From Phormidesmis sp. (GTDB taxonomy: Bacteria; Cyanobacteriota; Cyanobacteriia; Leptolyngbyales; Leptolyngbyaceae), in assembly GCA_965248535.1 (NCBI GenBank), contig CBDFJR010000002.1, positions 1,984,001 to 2,048,000 on the forward strand: a stretch of 64,000 bases of DNA, read 5' to 3'. The position numbers and the translations under genes were made by a program. Within the stretch, counting starts at the first letter, position 1. Every line of letters begins with the position of its first letter. Positions 17,987 to 28,662 of the stretch are shown in pieces. The notes beneath the pieces were generated by a model, which worked only from the letters and a program-made list of their open reading frames with translations, ran no database searches and was not told the DNA's origin.

Positions 17987-19144
17987 CTATTTAAGCAAGT
18001 TCAGAATGGTAGTAATGGGATAAAACGGAATCAAAACTCGACCTAGCGTATCAAAAAACTTACTAGATCCCGTTTTTTTGACCACAATTAAGTCACCATT
18101 TCTCAGCGAAACAGAGGGCTTATCAAAGTCAAAGGTCTGACGCTCTAGCTGCCCATCAGGAGACATCCGAAATAGATCGATCGAGCGTTTGTCGGCTTTA
18201 TCAGTCGGGCCACCTGCCGCCGCGATCGTCTCAGCCACCCTAGCATTAGGTGCAACGTCGGTTTGCCCCGGCCGATTTACCTCTCCCGTCACCTGCACCG
18301 TAATTTTGGTGGGCGCGATCGTCGAAGTCAACAGCGCTTGCTGATCAGGGGTGCTGAGTTGGGCAGGCGGAACAATAATCTCATCCCCATCATAGATTCG
18401 GGCATCTGCCGTCAGATCGCCACTCTTCACCGCTTTCCACAGATCTACTTTGATCTCAGTTCTCACTAGTGTTGGAGACGAAGAAGGCGGCAAAGACAGA
18501 GAAGACGGGGGAAACGGCGAAGAGAGCGACGACGGGGCAAAGTTTGCAGCAATGCGATTATTGGGAACAAGCCGACGAATAATGATGTTGCGGAGGTCTG
18601 CGGTCGGCGTGATGCCCCCTGCCAAAATCAGCGCATCGCTGGCTGTCACGGGGCTGCTGCTCTGAGAGCCACCCACCGACGTTCGATTGAGTTGATTTTG
18701 TTGAACAAACGGATTTAACAACCGCGGCCCAGGTTGCAGCACTTCGCCCGTGACGCTAACCCGCAGGGGGCTGAGGCTCAACAGCGACAAGGCGACTTGC
18801 GGGCGACGCACATAAGGGCGCAGAGACTCAGTTACTAGAGTCGCCGCCTGCACCGGAGTCAGTCGGGCAACCCTGATTAACCCAGCCAACGGTAGCTGAA
18901 TCGTTCCATCCGACAAAATGATCTGATCACCCGACAGATCAGGAAACCCAGCCACCGTTAAACGCAGTTGATCACCTGCTTTAAGCGGAGTCGTGGCCTG
19001 CACATCAGCAGGCAGATCTAGCCCTTGAGTTTGAGCCAATCCAGGGTGGGCGGTCATGCCTAGGGCGATCGCACCCGACAGAGCAGTGCAAACGAGAAGT
19101 CCAGTAGTTTTCATGGTTTGAGCTTTAAGAAGATAAACCGTCAT
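17987..19144 (-). CDS. wza: Polysaccharide export protein (Wza/OPX, SLBB domains)
   Basis: LKAGDQL...DGTIQLPLAG.I.V Poly_export motif; V.GEV..PG SLBB repeats. Confidence 0.88.
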   Translation of the reverse strand: MTVYLLKAQTMKTTGLLVCTALSGAIALGMTAHPGLAQTQGLDLPADVQATTPLKAGDQLRLTVAGFPDLSGDQIILSDGTIQLPLAGLIRVARLTPVQAATLVTESLRPYVRRPQVALSLLSLSPLRVSVTGEVLQPGPRLLNPFVQQNQLNRTSVGGSQSSSPVTASDALILAGGITPTADLRNIIIRRLVPNNRIAANFAPSSLSSPFPPSSLSLPPSSSPTLVRTEIKVDLWKAVKSGDLTADARIYDGDEIIVPPAQLSTPDQQALLTSTIAPTKITVQVTGEVNRPGQTDVAPNARVAETIAAAGGPTDKADKRSIDLFRMSPDGQLERQTFDFDKPSVSLRNGDLIVVKKTGSSKFFDTLGRVLIPFYPITTILNLLK

Positions 19145-19157
19145 GGAGAGAGAGCGC

Positions 19158-21293
19158 TCAGACCGTAGAGCCTAGCGGGTTTCGACGTGAGAAATCTTTG
19201 GTCGGCAGTTGAGGAGTGTTAGAGGGATTTGAACGATCGTTGGCAGCGGGGTCTGGGGTCGCAGTCACTACCGTTCCCAAGACTGAGGAACCACTTTTTT
19301 GCAGATCTGCGGTGGTCTGAAGCGCGATCGCTTTGGGCGTAAACTCTGGGCGCACCACTAAAACCATGCCATCGGTATATTCGTTGAGCGTCATCGCATC
19401 TGCATATCGGCTCACAGGCGAAGTGTCAATAATCACCAAATCGTATTGAGCCATCGCTTGGGTCATCAAGGTTTTCATCGCTGAAGCTTCTAGCACCTGC
19501 GCCGGACGGTTAAACCACTGACCGTGGGGCAACAGACTTAAATGCTCGATCGCCGTTGGCAGCACCACCGACTGCAACGGCAGATTCTCACTGACCGCAT
19601 CGGTCAAACCAGGTTGGTCAGGCACATCAAAAAACTGATGCTGTAAGGGATGGCTCAAGTCAGCATCGATCAACAGCGTGCGTCGAGACAGCATGGCCGC
19701 CACCATCGCTAGCCGTGCCGCCACATTTGATTTCCCTTCGCCAGCCACGCTGCTAGTGATTAAGACTGACTTCAACGGGTCGCTGCTGTTAAGCTCTAGG
19801 GTTTTGAGCAGTCTCCGGTAGGGTTCGACCGCCGCCGGGTTGTTTAAGAAGCGCTCAAGCTGGCCCGCTTTGAGAGCAGGCAAGCGATCGGTGAGCACGC
19901 CCAACACAGGAAGCTTAAGTTGAGATTCGGCTTCGGCGGCGCTGCCAATTTTGGTATTGAGCAACTCGCCGATGAGAATCACCCCGATCGCCAGCACGGC
20001 CCCAGCAGCACTGCCTAACATTAGCCCTAGAAACGGTTTGGGGCTGGCGGGCGCAGCAGGAACTGACGCTAGTCCAACAATGCGAACATTGCTCACCAGT
20101 TGCGCCTCTGCAACGCGAGCTTCTTCAAGCTTGTTTTGCAAGAGCTTGAGGGTAGCAGCTTCTTGCTCGCGTCGTCGCATTAAGTTAGACAACACACGTT
20201 GCTTGGCCGGAAGCGTCGATAGGCGATCGCGCAAAGGCTGCTGTTGTTGGGTGACCGTGTTGAGCTTGTCTTGCAAAGCACTGCGTTCGACTTCACCCGT
20301 GATGTAGTTAGAAATTAAGGCTCGACTCAAGTCATCTGCCGCGACTTTGCCAGAGGCTAGCCCCTGTTGACCTGGCACAATGCGGCCCAGACTTTGAGTA
20401 TAGAGCGATCGCGTCTCATCTCGCTTTTGAATCAGCGCCAGCAGATCGGGATGTTGATCTCCTAAGCGAGACCGGGCATCAATGACTTGAGCTTCGAGGT
20501 CGGTGAGTTTGCCCCTCAAGGTCTTTAGCTCATCGTCTTGCCCCGCACGCGAGGCTAGATAGGCAGTTTGCACATTGTTGACTCCGATCACTCCTTGCAG
20601 CAGCCCACTTTTTCGCTGAGACTCTGCGAGTTGGGCAGAGAGGGTGCGGCCCTGGTCTTCTATGGTGGCAAGACTGTTCACCAGACTGGTGTCCTGCGCG
20701 TCGAGGGCGACAATGCCATTGGCTTCTTTAAAGCGACTTTCGGCGAGTTCAGCCTGCTCTAGGTTTGCTTGCTGCTGCGGCACTCGTGTTTCTACGAATT
20801 CTCTGACTGATGACGCTTGTTGACGAATTGACTCTCCACTTTCTTGAACAGCAGCCTGCGAGACGGCGTTTAGCACCTCTGATGCCAATTTAGGATCTGG
20901 GTTTTTGTAGCTCAGTTCAAGAATGCTGGTAGCAGGCACAATTTTGACCCTGATCGCCCCACTTAGCTCACCCACCGACGGCAGAGGCTTCTCTGAGGCG
21001 CTTCTAGGCTCAAGCATCCCCACGGCTCGCTTCAAGACACGCTCTGAGGTGATCAATTCGGCTTGAGTCGCGATCGGGCTAGCATTTCCAGCCGTAGAGT
21101 TAGCCGCTAGTGCCTGCCCTAACTCAGAAACGCTGACCCGCCGTTCGTCTAAAATCAGGCGAGCCGAGCTTTCATAAACAGGAGGTGTGACGCGCAGATA
21201 TAAGGCTGAGGCCCCGATAACAGCGGCAAAGGTGGCAAATGCATTCCAAAAATTACGTTTTAGTACGGGCGTGAGCGATGGCATCCCATTCAT
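19158..21293 (-). CDS. wzc: Polysaccharide co-polymerase / BY-kinase (Wzc/GumC)
   Basis: Two TMs around a coiled coil, HPD motif, ITSSVAGEGKS Walker A, LIDADL, IIDTSP. Confidence 0.9.
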   Translation of the reverse strand: MNGMPSLTPVLKRNFWNAFATFAAVIGASALYLRVTPPVYESSARLILDERRVSVSELGQALAANSTAGNASPIATQAELITSERVLKRAVGMLEPRSASEKPLPSVGELSGAIRVKIVPATSILELSYKNPDPKLASEVLNAVSQAAVQESGESIRQQASSVREFVETRVPQQQANLEQAELAESRFKEANGIVALDAQDTSLVNSLATIEDQGRTLSAQLAESQRKSGLLQGVIGVNNVQTAYLASRAGQDDELKTLRGKLTDLEAQVIDARSRLGDQHPDLLALIQKRDETRSLYTQSLGRIVPGQQGLASGKVAADDLSRALISNYITGEVERSALQDKLNTVTQQQQPLRDRLSTLPAKQRVLSNLMRRREQEAATLKLLQNKLEEARVAEAQLVSNVRIVGLASVPAAPASPKPFLGLMLGSAAGAVLAIGVILIGELLNTKIGSAAEAESQLKLPVLGVLTDRLPALKAGQLERFLNNPAAVEPYRRLLKTLELNSSDPLKSVLITSSVAGEGKSNVAARLAMVAAMLSRRTLLIDADLSHPLQHQFFDVPDQPGLTDAVSENLPLQSVVLPTAIEHLSLLPHGQWFNRPAQVLEASAMKTLMTQAMAQYDLVIIDTSPVSRYADAMTLNEYTDGMVLVVRPEFTPKAIALQTTADLQKSGSSVLGTVVTATPDPAANDRSNPSNTPQLPTKDFSRRNPLGSTV

Positions 21294-21364
21294 GAGGCAA
21301 ATCCAGTTGGAGAATATTAATTGGCTGGTTAACTTAACAAGGCGCTGCGTGGGGCATTTCAGGC

Positions 21365-22705
21365 CTAATATTCAGGTGAATTTGAGGTTGGGTTTGTCGG
21401 TCGTGAGGGCATGAGTGGATTAGGGGGCGGCGTAGCTGCTTTAGGCAATAGGACAGGCTGAGTTTCTTCAGCGGTGCTGTCACTATCGACATATTTGAAC
21501 CGCGTAGTTGCCTCGATCGATAACGTAGATTGACCCTGATTTAGCTGAACCGCGACTGGATTGTTGACGAGTGCCGGACGAGGTTGAGCCAGTACATTTT
21601 CGTACAGGTTCAAAAAGGTCGCTGTGATCTGCTCCCAGTTATAGCTTGATCGTACGTAGATTTTCGCCCGATCGGCGATCAGTTTAAGATCTGGCCCATT
21701 ACAGATTGCCCACTCTATCTTCTGAATACAGGAGGCTAAATCGCCTCTCCGGAAAAGCACGCCTCGGTTGTTGCCAAGCAAATGTCGGTGCGGAGGGATA
21801 TCGCTAGCCACGATCGGAATGCCTTCTGACATGGCTTCTAACATCACCATCGGTAGTCCTTCTACGTCCGAAGGTAGCACACATAACCCGGCTCCCCTCA
21901 CAATTTCTGCAAGCCGCGTGCCCAAAAGCTCTCCACCAAACAGGATATCGGGGTGGCTGTCTGCCAGTTCTAGCAGCCGCGCTTTGTAGGCAGACGAGGA
22001 ATCACTGCCAATTAAAACTAGTTTCCAGCCCGGTAGTTTGAGGGCTTGAAAGGCTTGAATCACTAGATCTGGGCACTTTTCAGGAACCATTCGACCTAAA
22101 AATAAAATATAGCGTTTTGGCGTTAACCCTAACGAGCGGCCCCAGGCAAAATCAGGGTCTGAAGCCGCATAAGTTGCCGGAGCATTGGGAACATAAACCG
22201 AGGTGCGATCGTAGGTTTTTGAGAAGTAAGATTGCAGCGATTCTGATACAACCGCAATCTCATGAGCGCATGAAGCGGCTACTTTTTCACCTAGAAGAAT
22301 TGAAGAACTTGCAAGCTTTCCCCACTTGGCTCGTTGCCAATCTAACCCGTGGCAAGTCACCACCACTTTGGCAGACGAGAACAACCGAGGAATCCAGCTA
22401 AATAGAGCCGGCCCTAAAGCGTGAAAATGAACAATATCGTAATCTCCCCCAATCGTTAAAACAGCCCCTAAAAATGAACTAATCAAGGCATCTAAACCAC
22501 CCGTTTTAGGACAGGGTAAAGAGATGATTTGCACTCCTTTAAAATCATGGCGGGCAAATCCAGGAGTGCCCGTATAGAACGATCGAGCAAATAGATCAAC
22601 CGAGTGACCTTGTGCCACCAAGCGCGGATAGATTTCTGCACAATGATGTTCGATGCCACCCTGTTTTGGGGGCAATCCCTTTGCGCCGATGACAGCTATC
22701 TTCAT
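21365..22705 (-). CDS. Glycosyltransferase family 4
   Basis: KIAVIG.KGLPPKQGGIE; FLGR.VPEK; EGLPMVMLEAM. Confidence 0.9.
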   Translation of the reverse strand: MKIAVIGAKGLPPKQGGIEHHCAEIYPRLVAQGHSVDLFARSFYTGTPGFARHDFKGVQIISLPCPKTGGLDALISSFLGAVLTIGGDYDIVHFHALGPALFSWIPRLFSSAKVVVTCHGLDWQRAKWGKLASSSILLGEKVAASCAHEIAVVSESLQSYFSKTYDRTSVYVPNAPATYAASDPDFAWGRSLGLTPKRYILFLGRMVPEKCPDLVIQAFQALKLPGWKLVLIGSDSSSAYKARLLELADSHPDILFGGELLGTRLAEIVRGAGLCVLPSDVEGLPMVMLEAMSEGIPIVASDIPPHRHLLGNNRGVLFRRGDLASCIQKIEWAICNGPDLKLIADRAKIYVRSSYNWEQITATFLNLYENVLAQPRPALVNNPVAVQLNQGQSTLSIEATTRFKYVDSDSTAEETQPVLLPKAATPPPNPLMPSRPTNPTSNSPEY

Positions 22706-22864
22706 GTTGTGTTCCTAAAGTTCGGGAGCGTGAAAGGCAATTGAGAAGCTACAGATAAGGGATTGACACACTAAAAAACAGCATAGAAATCTACGCTGTC
22801 AGCAGGATTTAGCAGAAGTTAGGATTCAGGGAGCGTTCCCGAATTCGTGCAGGAGGTCTAATGA

Positions 22865-23818
22865 CTAGGTGACGGAGCCACTGTTCAGAGCTTGAATTTG
22901 CTGATCGGCCAGTTCTTTAGCTTCTTTCGTCGCTAGCATACACTTGCGCTCTAGCGGTTTCATGATGAACGTGTTGTAGAAAAAGAGGCGAATTTTGCGC
23001 CGCAAAGACGACCCCTCTTCGACTTCAGGAACCCCCCTTAAATAGTGCATAATCTTCATTGAGTAAACAATGCCTTTGAGGATTTTGAGCAGATACTCTT
23101 CAGTAAGGCGACTCGCAGGAATGATGTGAGTCAGCTTTAATCGAGCGAACTTTCCAATTCCCAGCCCAATGTCTAGCGCCGATAAAGCCATATCTGTGTC
23201 TTCATTGCTAGCCAATATTTTGCCTGTTTTACCTTTGCGCCCCAGCAGCAAGCGGCGGTTATCGGTTTCAAGCAGATGCACATACTGCTGTCCGACTTCG
23301 TTACGAAGACACATTCCTGCCCCGACAGGCATCGTTTCGATCGTGTCAATGTTTGACCAAACATCTTTATCAAACTGATCGAGAGCCAGCAAGTTCCACA
23401 TCGGACGAGTCCATTCTTCCGGGGTTCCTCCGATAAAATCTGGAACAATCTGACCGCTCCAAGCGCCGATCATGGGGCAAGTTTCGCTGATTTCTAACGC
23501 AAGCCGGAGATAGTCTGAGTCGAGAACATTGTCATCATCGACAAAAACACACAGCTTGCCTTGGGTTTCTTTGAGCGATCGTAGCCGCGCATTCACCAGC
23601 CCTAGCTGTTCTTCAAAGATATGCCGAGCCGCCGGATGCCAACTGAGGTCAATTCGGTCTGCCAAAGGCTGCTGGCTAGCATTGTCAATGAGGAGCAGTT
23701 CCCATTGGTCTAGGGCTAAGGTTTGGGATTTGAGCGCGTCTAAAACTCGATTGAAATAAGCAGCCGTGGGGTTGTGGCTACAAATAATGACGCTAACCGG
23801 ATATTTCATAGAAGTCAC
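22865..23818 (-). CDS. Glycosyltransferase family 2
   Basis: SVIICSHNP, IDNAS, FVDDDN, ED motif. Confidence 0.9.
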   Translation of the reverse strand: MTSMKYPVSVIICSHNPTAAYFNRVLDALKSQTLALDQWELLLIDNASQQPLADRIDLSWHPAARHIFEEQLGLVNARLRSLKETQGKLCVFVDDDNVLDSDYLRLALEISETCPMIGAWSGQIVPDFIGGTPEEWTRPMWNLLALDQFDKDVWSNIDTIETMPVGAGMCLRNEVGQQYVHLLETDNRRLLLGRKGKTGKILASNEDTDMALSALDIGLGIGKFARLKLTHIIPASRLTEEYLLKILKGIVYSMKIMHYLRGVPEVEEGSSLRRKIRLFFYNTFIMKPLERKCMLATKEAKELADQQIQALNSGSVT

Positions 23819-23840
23819 TGTTTACGGTTTCTTCGATTGA

Positions 23841-24866
23841 CTAGTCAGGGGTGACACAAGGGGCTTCTGGGCTACTTTCGGGGTTCAATGATTGTCGTTC
23901 CCAGCCGGGTAGGGTCTTTCTGGGTTCAAACTTGAGTTTGCTCCAGATCTTTTTGAGGAAGTAGTCCAGAATAAACAGCGATCGCTTCACGCTCCAACTG
24001 ACTCTGCCTAAATAATTGGGAGAACCTGGAATAATTCCTCCTGTGACAATGCTGAATTCAGACGGTAGAGACTCCATCGGAGGCATATAAAAATAGAACA
24101 AGTAGAATAACTTGGCTTTAACCAAGTGAAAATATAGGAATTCTTTTTGGGTGATCGCATCGAAAAACACGCCATCTCGATAAGTAAAGTTAAACGGAGG
24201 TTCTTCTCGAACCATCGAATTCATATAGACATTGAGACTATATTTCTCTCGCGAATTCATCACCAGATCATAGATAGAAGCCAGTTGAGACGTTTCTCTT
24301 AACTCTTCAAAAGAGAGCGGCTTTCCGTAGAATCTTCGGCAGGATTCATCAAAGTTATAGTACTGACCATTGTCGGTGAATATTTTGATGTAGTCGTCTG
24401 TTTGGCGAAACAAGTTGTTGACCGTTTCGTTGTTGCGAAACATTGTAAAGTGACCAACCAACTGCACTTCAGACGCAGTGATAACATCGTAAGTGGTCAA
24501 AACTTCGTCAGTGATGAAGTGACTAATTTTGCCAAGAATGATGTCTGGATCGCAATATCCCCAAAAATCATAGTCCTTCAGATAATCTTCAAAGATGATC
24601 CCAAACGCAGGTCTAAATTCACTGATTTTGTATCCCCAATCTGTAGTAATGGGTATCCCCAATTTTTGAGAGGCAAGCTCATTGAATTGTTTTAACGTCA
24701 ACGGAATCTTTTTCAAGTTTCCAGAGATATCGGGTTGAGATAAACAGTCATTGAACAGATAGACATCAACGTTATCATCTTGGTTGCGAGCAAACGATTC
24801 CTCAAAATAACGGAAGTATCCTGGTAAACGACCTGCATAAAAAATAATCAGTGCAATCCGGCTCAT
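23841..24866 (-). CDS. DUF6625-like putative glycosyltransferase
   Basis: YAGRLP.YF, YKISEFRPAFG.IF..YL..YDFWGYCDPDIILG, GHF. Confidence 0.7.
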   Translation of the reverse strand: MSRIALIIFYAGRLPGYFRYFEESFARNQDDNVDVYLFNDCLSQPDISGNLKKIPLTLKQFNELASQKLGIPITTDWGYKISEFRPAFGIIFEDYLKDYDFWGYCDPDIILGKISHFITDEVLTTYDVITASEVQLVGHFTMFRNNETVNNLFRQTDDYIKIFTDNGQYYNFDESCRRFYGKPLSFEELRETSQLASIYDLVMNSREKYSLNVYMNSMVREEPPFNFTYRDGVFFDAITQKEFLYFHLVKAKLFYLFYFYMPPMESLPSEFSIVTGGIIPGSPNYLGRVSWSVKRSLFILDYFLKKIWSKLKFEPRKTLPGWERQSLNPESSPEAPCVTPD

Positions 24867-24932
24867 AGTCTCAATCTCCCTAGGTCAAGTCAATCTGAAT
24901 GGGTCAGTCTCAATAGTCTTAGTCAACTCCCG

Positions 24933-26465
24933 TTAGGGGGCTACGATCGCGCTCCTGTTTTGACTCAATAAATCGGCAGCCCGCATGGCAATCGCCATCG
25001 CTGTCAGCGTTGGATTCTTCTCAACACAGGTCGTAAAGCAACTCGCGTCAATTACGAAAATATTTGGAATCTCGTGCATGGCATTGTGAGCATTGAGAAC
25101 CCCAAATTTTGGATCGTCGTGCATCCTAATCGTTCCTCCAAAGTGAACAGAAGTTCCGGGTGGCTCGATCGCCATGCTCTTGGGTGTAAACTGCCAACCT
25201 GCCCGCTCTAGCAGTTCTTCAGTCGCACGGCGACCCTCATTCAGGGTTTCAAGATCGTCTGGGTCTTGGTGAGTGCTAACTCTCAGCAGCGGCAGCCCAT
25301 ATTCATCTTTAGCGCTGGGATGAAGCGCGACAAACCTAGATTCATTAGGAATCTGAGTGCCAAAACAGGCGAATAAAAGCGGAAATCCTTCATCTTTAGA
25401 AGGTCGTGAACTGAATCCTAAACTCGTTCGCAGGTTAGCGATCGGTCTCTGACTCAGCGCCCCCGCATAGACCTGAAAGCCAGTCGTGCGGAGCGGTGTG
25501 CCGATCGCATAATCTGGCCGAGTCAGATAGGAGGACACCGCTTTTTTAGGAGCGGGACGATCGACTTGGTAATGATAAGCAGCATACATATTGTCATGGA
25601 GATATCGACCCAGCAAACCGTGGGCGTTGTCGATGCCATTGGCACCAGGGCTAGAGCAGGAATTCAAAAGAAGGTGAGTCGAGCCGAGTTGTCCGGCAGC
25701 CAGCATGACGGCTTTACCCCCTAGAAAGCAGAGTTCTCTAGTCTGGCGATCGAGATATTCAACCCCGATCGCTAACGCTTTTGTCTTGTGAAACTGCAAG
25801 CGCGTGACATGGGCGTTACTGATCAACCTAAAGTTCTTGTGCTGTCGGAGTTGATAGAGCAACCGGACTCCAATATTAGTAGGGGACGGAACTTGACTGA
25901 GGATCGTTGATTTGCCATAGACATGACTGGCTGGAAGTAGCCAACGATGCAGCTTTTGAGCGGCGTGAGCTAAGTCAGAAAATTCTGCTGGAACCTCCAA
26001 GACACGGCTAACTTGACAGGCTGGGAGAACGGGGACTGAGGTTGGGGTGCCCCTCACGCCGATCAGTTGTTCGACCCGATCGTAATAAGGCTCCAGATCG
26101 TCATAACGAATGGGCCAACGCAACCGCTCTGAAATAGCTTCACCTTGAGTAAAGTCTTCTGGGGCAAACCGCAAAACCACGCCTCCCCAAAAATTTCCTA
26201 GCCCCCCCAATAAGTGAGCTTTAAACCATCGCGTTAGGGTGTCGTCTAAATTCTCAAAGTGAGGATAGGTGATGTGATCTCTGATTTCTAAAGCATAGGG
26301 TTGGCGAATTTCTTGTCCTCGAAGGCGGATGTGCAGACTTTTGGGGAAACTGCACCCTGATTCTAAGAGCGTGACTTTAAAGCCAGCTTTGACAAGAGTC
26401 CACGCGGCAACTGTGCCCGTCGGACCGCTTCCGACAATAATTACTTGGTCATCTGACATAGCCAT
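24933..26465 (-). CDS. GMC family FAD oxidoreductase
   Basis: IVGSGPTG; LGGLGNFWGG; LGRYLHD; HFGGTIRM; NPTLTAMAIA. Confidence 0.9.
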   Translation of the reverse strand: MAMSDDQVIIVGSGPTGTVAAWTLVKAGFKVTLLESGCSFPKSLHIRLRGQEIRQPYALEIRDHITYPHFENLDDTLTRWFKAHLLGGLGNFWGGVVLRFAPEDFTQGEAISERLRWPIRYDDLEPYYDRVEQLIGVRGTPTSVPVLPACQVSRVLEVPAEFSDLAHAAQKLHRWLLPASHVYGKSTILSQVPSPTNIGVRLLYQLRQHKNFRLISNAHVTRLQFHKTKALAIGVEYLDRQTRELCFLGGKAVMLAAGQLGSTHLLLNSCSSPGANGIDNAHGLLGRYLHDNMYAAYHYQVDRPAPKKAVSSYLTRPDYAIGTPLRTTGFQVYAGALSQRPIANLRTSLGFSSRPSKDEGFPLLFACFGTQIPNESRFVALHPSAKDEYGLPLLRVSTHQDPDDLETLNEGRRATEELLERAGWQFTPKSMAIEPPGTSVHFGGTIRMHDDPKFGVLNAHNAMHEIPNIFVIDASCFTTCVEKNPTLTAMAIAMRAADLLSQNRSAIVAP

Positions 26466-27530
26466 TTATAGGGTTTCTGCGGGTTGTTGACCCCACCATT
26501 CGCGAATTCTCTCCATTCCCGTTTGCAGCGAGATTTCTGGCTGAAAGTTTAAGCGATCGCGGGACTTTTGATTAGAAAAGATCGGTTGAGCCACCAGTGT
26601 CCTAAATTCATCTGGCGATAAATAGTGAATCGATTTGCCGTAGAGGGCCTTAGCGATCGCGATCGTGGCATCCATCACTTTTCTTTTTTTAAGCATCTTA
26701 GAGACAAATTCTCGAACTAAGGGCATCGAGTCTTGAGGATCGCAACAATAATCAATAGGCAAATCAATCAACGTTTTCTCACTCAAAATAGCCTCATAAC
26801 CAGAGAGAAACTCCTTCCAGCTAATCGGCTGTTGGTGACTGATAATAAAGCGGTGGCGATGAAGATGGGGAACCTCACACGCCCGAATAATAGCCGTGAT
26901 GGCATCATCAATGTAAATTGGATTGCAATAACCCGTTCCACCCCTCGCTAAAGGCATAAATGCTGCCTTCATTTGGCTAAGGGTTTGAGCCGTTTCACCG
27001 GGGTTTCCAGGGCCATAAATCCTCCCCATCTGAAGCACAATCACTTCAGTGTCGCCTGTTTCTGTTTCTAGAACGATTTTTTCGGTCGCTTGCTTAATAG
27101 AGGTTTGAGGTTTGAGCGATGCCAGGCAAGGCGACTCTTCGGTGATCACCCCTGACGCAGGATCTCCATAAACAGCCGTTGAACTGATGTGAACAAACTT
27201 TTTAACCTGAGCCTCTACACAGGCTTGAAGCAGAGTTTGAGTAGAGCGGATGGCAAGCCCAAATTGCTCCCATTGAGTCGCTTGATATTGGGAATGGGCA
27301 AGATGCACGACGCAATCACAACTAGAAAGATGTTGCCGTAATGCTGGCTGATCGCACAGGTCTACTTTCAGATTAGACAGATTGGATTGCTCTGAGACAA
27401 AACTCGATGGAGCCGCAGCCAACGGATCACAGACAGCGATGATGTGATGCCCTTGCTCAAGCAGTTTGACGATCAGCGATCGCCCGATGAATCCGCTGGC
27501 ATCTGTGATGAAAAATTTTAATGCGGTCAT
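26466..27530 (-). CDS. NAD-dependent epimerase/dehydratase-like protein with degenerate motifs
   Basis: ITDASGFIG, VVHLA, HISSTAVYG, IYGPG, IYIDD. Start taken at MTALK. Confidence 0.8.
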   Translation of the reverse strand: MTALKFFITDASGFIGRSLIVKLLEQGHHIIAVCDPLAAAPSSFVSEQSNLSNLKVDLCDQPALRQHLSSCDCVVHLAHSQYQATQWEQFGLAIRSTQTLLQACVEAQVKKFVHISSTAVYGDPASGVITEESPCLASLKPQTSIKQATEKIVLETETGDTEVIVLQMGRIYGPGNPGETAQTLSQMKAAFMPLARGGTGYCNPIYIDDAITAIIRACEVPHLHRHRFIISHQQPISWKEFLSGYEAILSEKTLIDLPIDYCCDPQDSMPLVREFVSKMLKKRKVMDATIAIAKALYGKSIHYLSPDEFRTLVAQPIFSNQKSRDRLNFQPEISLQTGMERIREWWGQQPAETL

Positions 27531-27636
27531 AGAGTCTATCTGAACATTGAGAAATCGGCGATCGTCACAAGATCGAGTCTGCAAGAGCTTAAAGATTTCT
27601 AAACCCTGAGAGTTTTGAGAATCTAAGCTGCAAGTT

Positions 27637-28572
27637 TTATGCGCGTAAAGCCGCTTCCTTGATTGGCTGATATGGAGAATTGCTGAAGGTCATTCCTGAT
27701 GTATCGACATACTGCATATCGCTCCCTTTTCCGCCTGCATAGTGCAGAAAATAGTTGTTCAAGAACGTCGCTGTCATACATTGCGAAATTAGTTCAGATC
27801 GTGAATCTCGCCCAAGTTTTTTCAAGATTCGTTCTGACACAGTAGATTTTGAGTCGAGGAAAGGATACATCAGCGCTTTGAGAATCACCCACGTCATATT
27901 AAATTTTGTAGGCATCCAAAATTCTTTCTGCTGCGTCAGAATTTCGTAACCCAAGGGTCGCTGCTCATAGTTCCACTCTGGCCCTTTGTCTTCATAGTCA
28001 TAATAGACGTGCTCTAAAAGCTCTTGATGATAGCGTCGCGACAAAACCATCACGCCCGTTTGCACGATCGATTCAAACTCCCCCGCTAGTCCAAAGTCAT
28101 TGTAATAAGCGGAAGGATTGAACGCATAGTTCAGATACTCCACCATCGCCTGACTGGGGGCTTCTCCGGGGGCAGCAGAAGCTTTGGTCGCGTCAGGATA
28201 AAAGTAGTCGTGGAATCTTTCTAAGTAAAGCTTGAGGTCATCTTTGCTGGGAGTGGCGGCTTCATCGACGACTCCGATTTTTTCAAGCGGAACTCCCACC
28301 GTGACATCAGGACTGTTTGGGTTGATCAAAATATCAGTGTCGATCCAGACCACTTGGTCATAGTGCTGAACTCTGGGGTCTGAAAAAATCAAGCATTTTT
28401 GCCAGGCAGGGGTTCTAGATTGTGCTCTGGGAGTGCGATCGAGAGGGTCTGTAATCACAATCAGGTCAAAGTTGTGTTTCTTTGCATACAAAGACCACAA
28501 GGATTGGCAATTTTTCTCGAACATCTCCTCATAGGGCTTGCCGATCGCGAGGGTAACAATGGCTTTCTTCAT
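27637..28572 (-). CDS. Putative GT-A nucleotide-sugar transferase
   Basis: PAWQK, VWIDTDI (DxD), QTGVMV, EQ, FLHYAG. Confidence 0.7.
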   Translation of the reverse strand: MKKAIVTLAIGKPYEEMFEKNCQSLWSLYAKKHNFDLIVITDPLDRTPRAQSRTPAWQKCLIFSDPRVQHYDQVVWIDTDILINPNSPDVTVGVPLEKIGVVDEAATPSKDDLKLYLERFHDYFYPDATKASAAPGEAPSQAMVEYLNYAFNPSAYYNDFGLAGEFESIVQTGVMVLSRRYHQELLEHVYYDYEDKGPEWNYEQRPLGYEILTQQKEFWMPTKFNMTWVILKALMYPFLDSKSTVSERILKKLGRDSRSELISQCMTATFLNNYFLHYAGGKGSDMQYVDTSGMTFSNSPYQPIKEAALRA

Positions 28573-28662
28573 TTTGTGACCTGCTTTACTTTTAATACCA
28601 AAATGTGGAAATACACTACTTCAGTTTTTTCAATCGCCCAGTTTGAAATAGGGTTCGTTGCT

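Noticed and set aside
18478..18540. Pro/Ser-rich stretch in Wza
   Set aside because: In-frame low-complexity loop with no regular DNA repeat unit; likely a linker.
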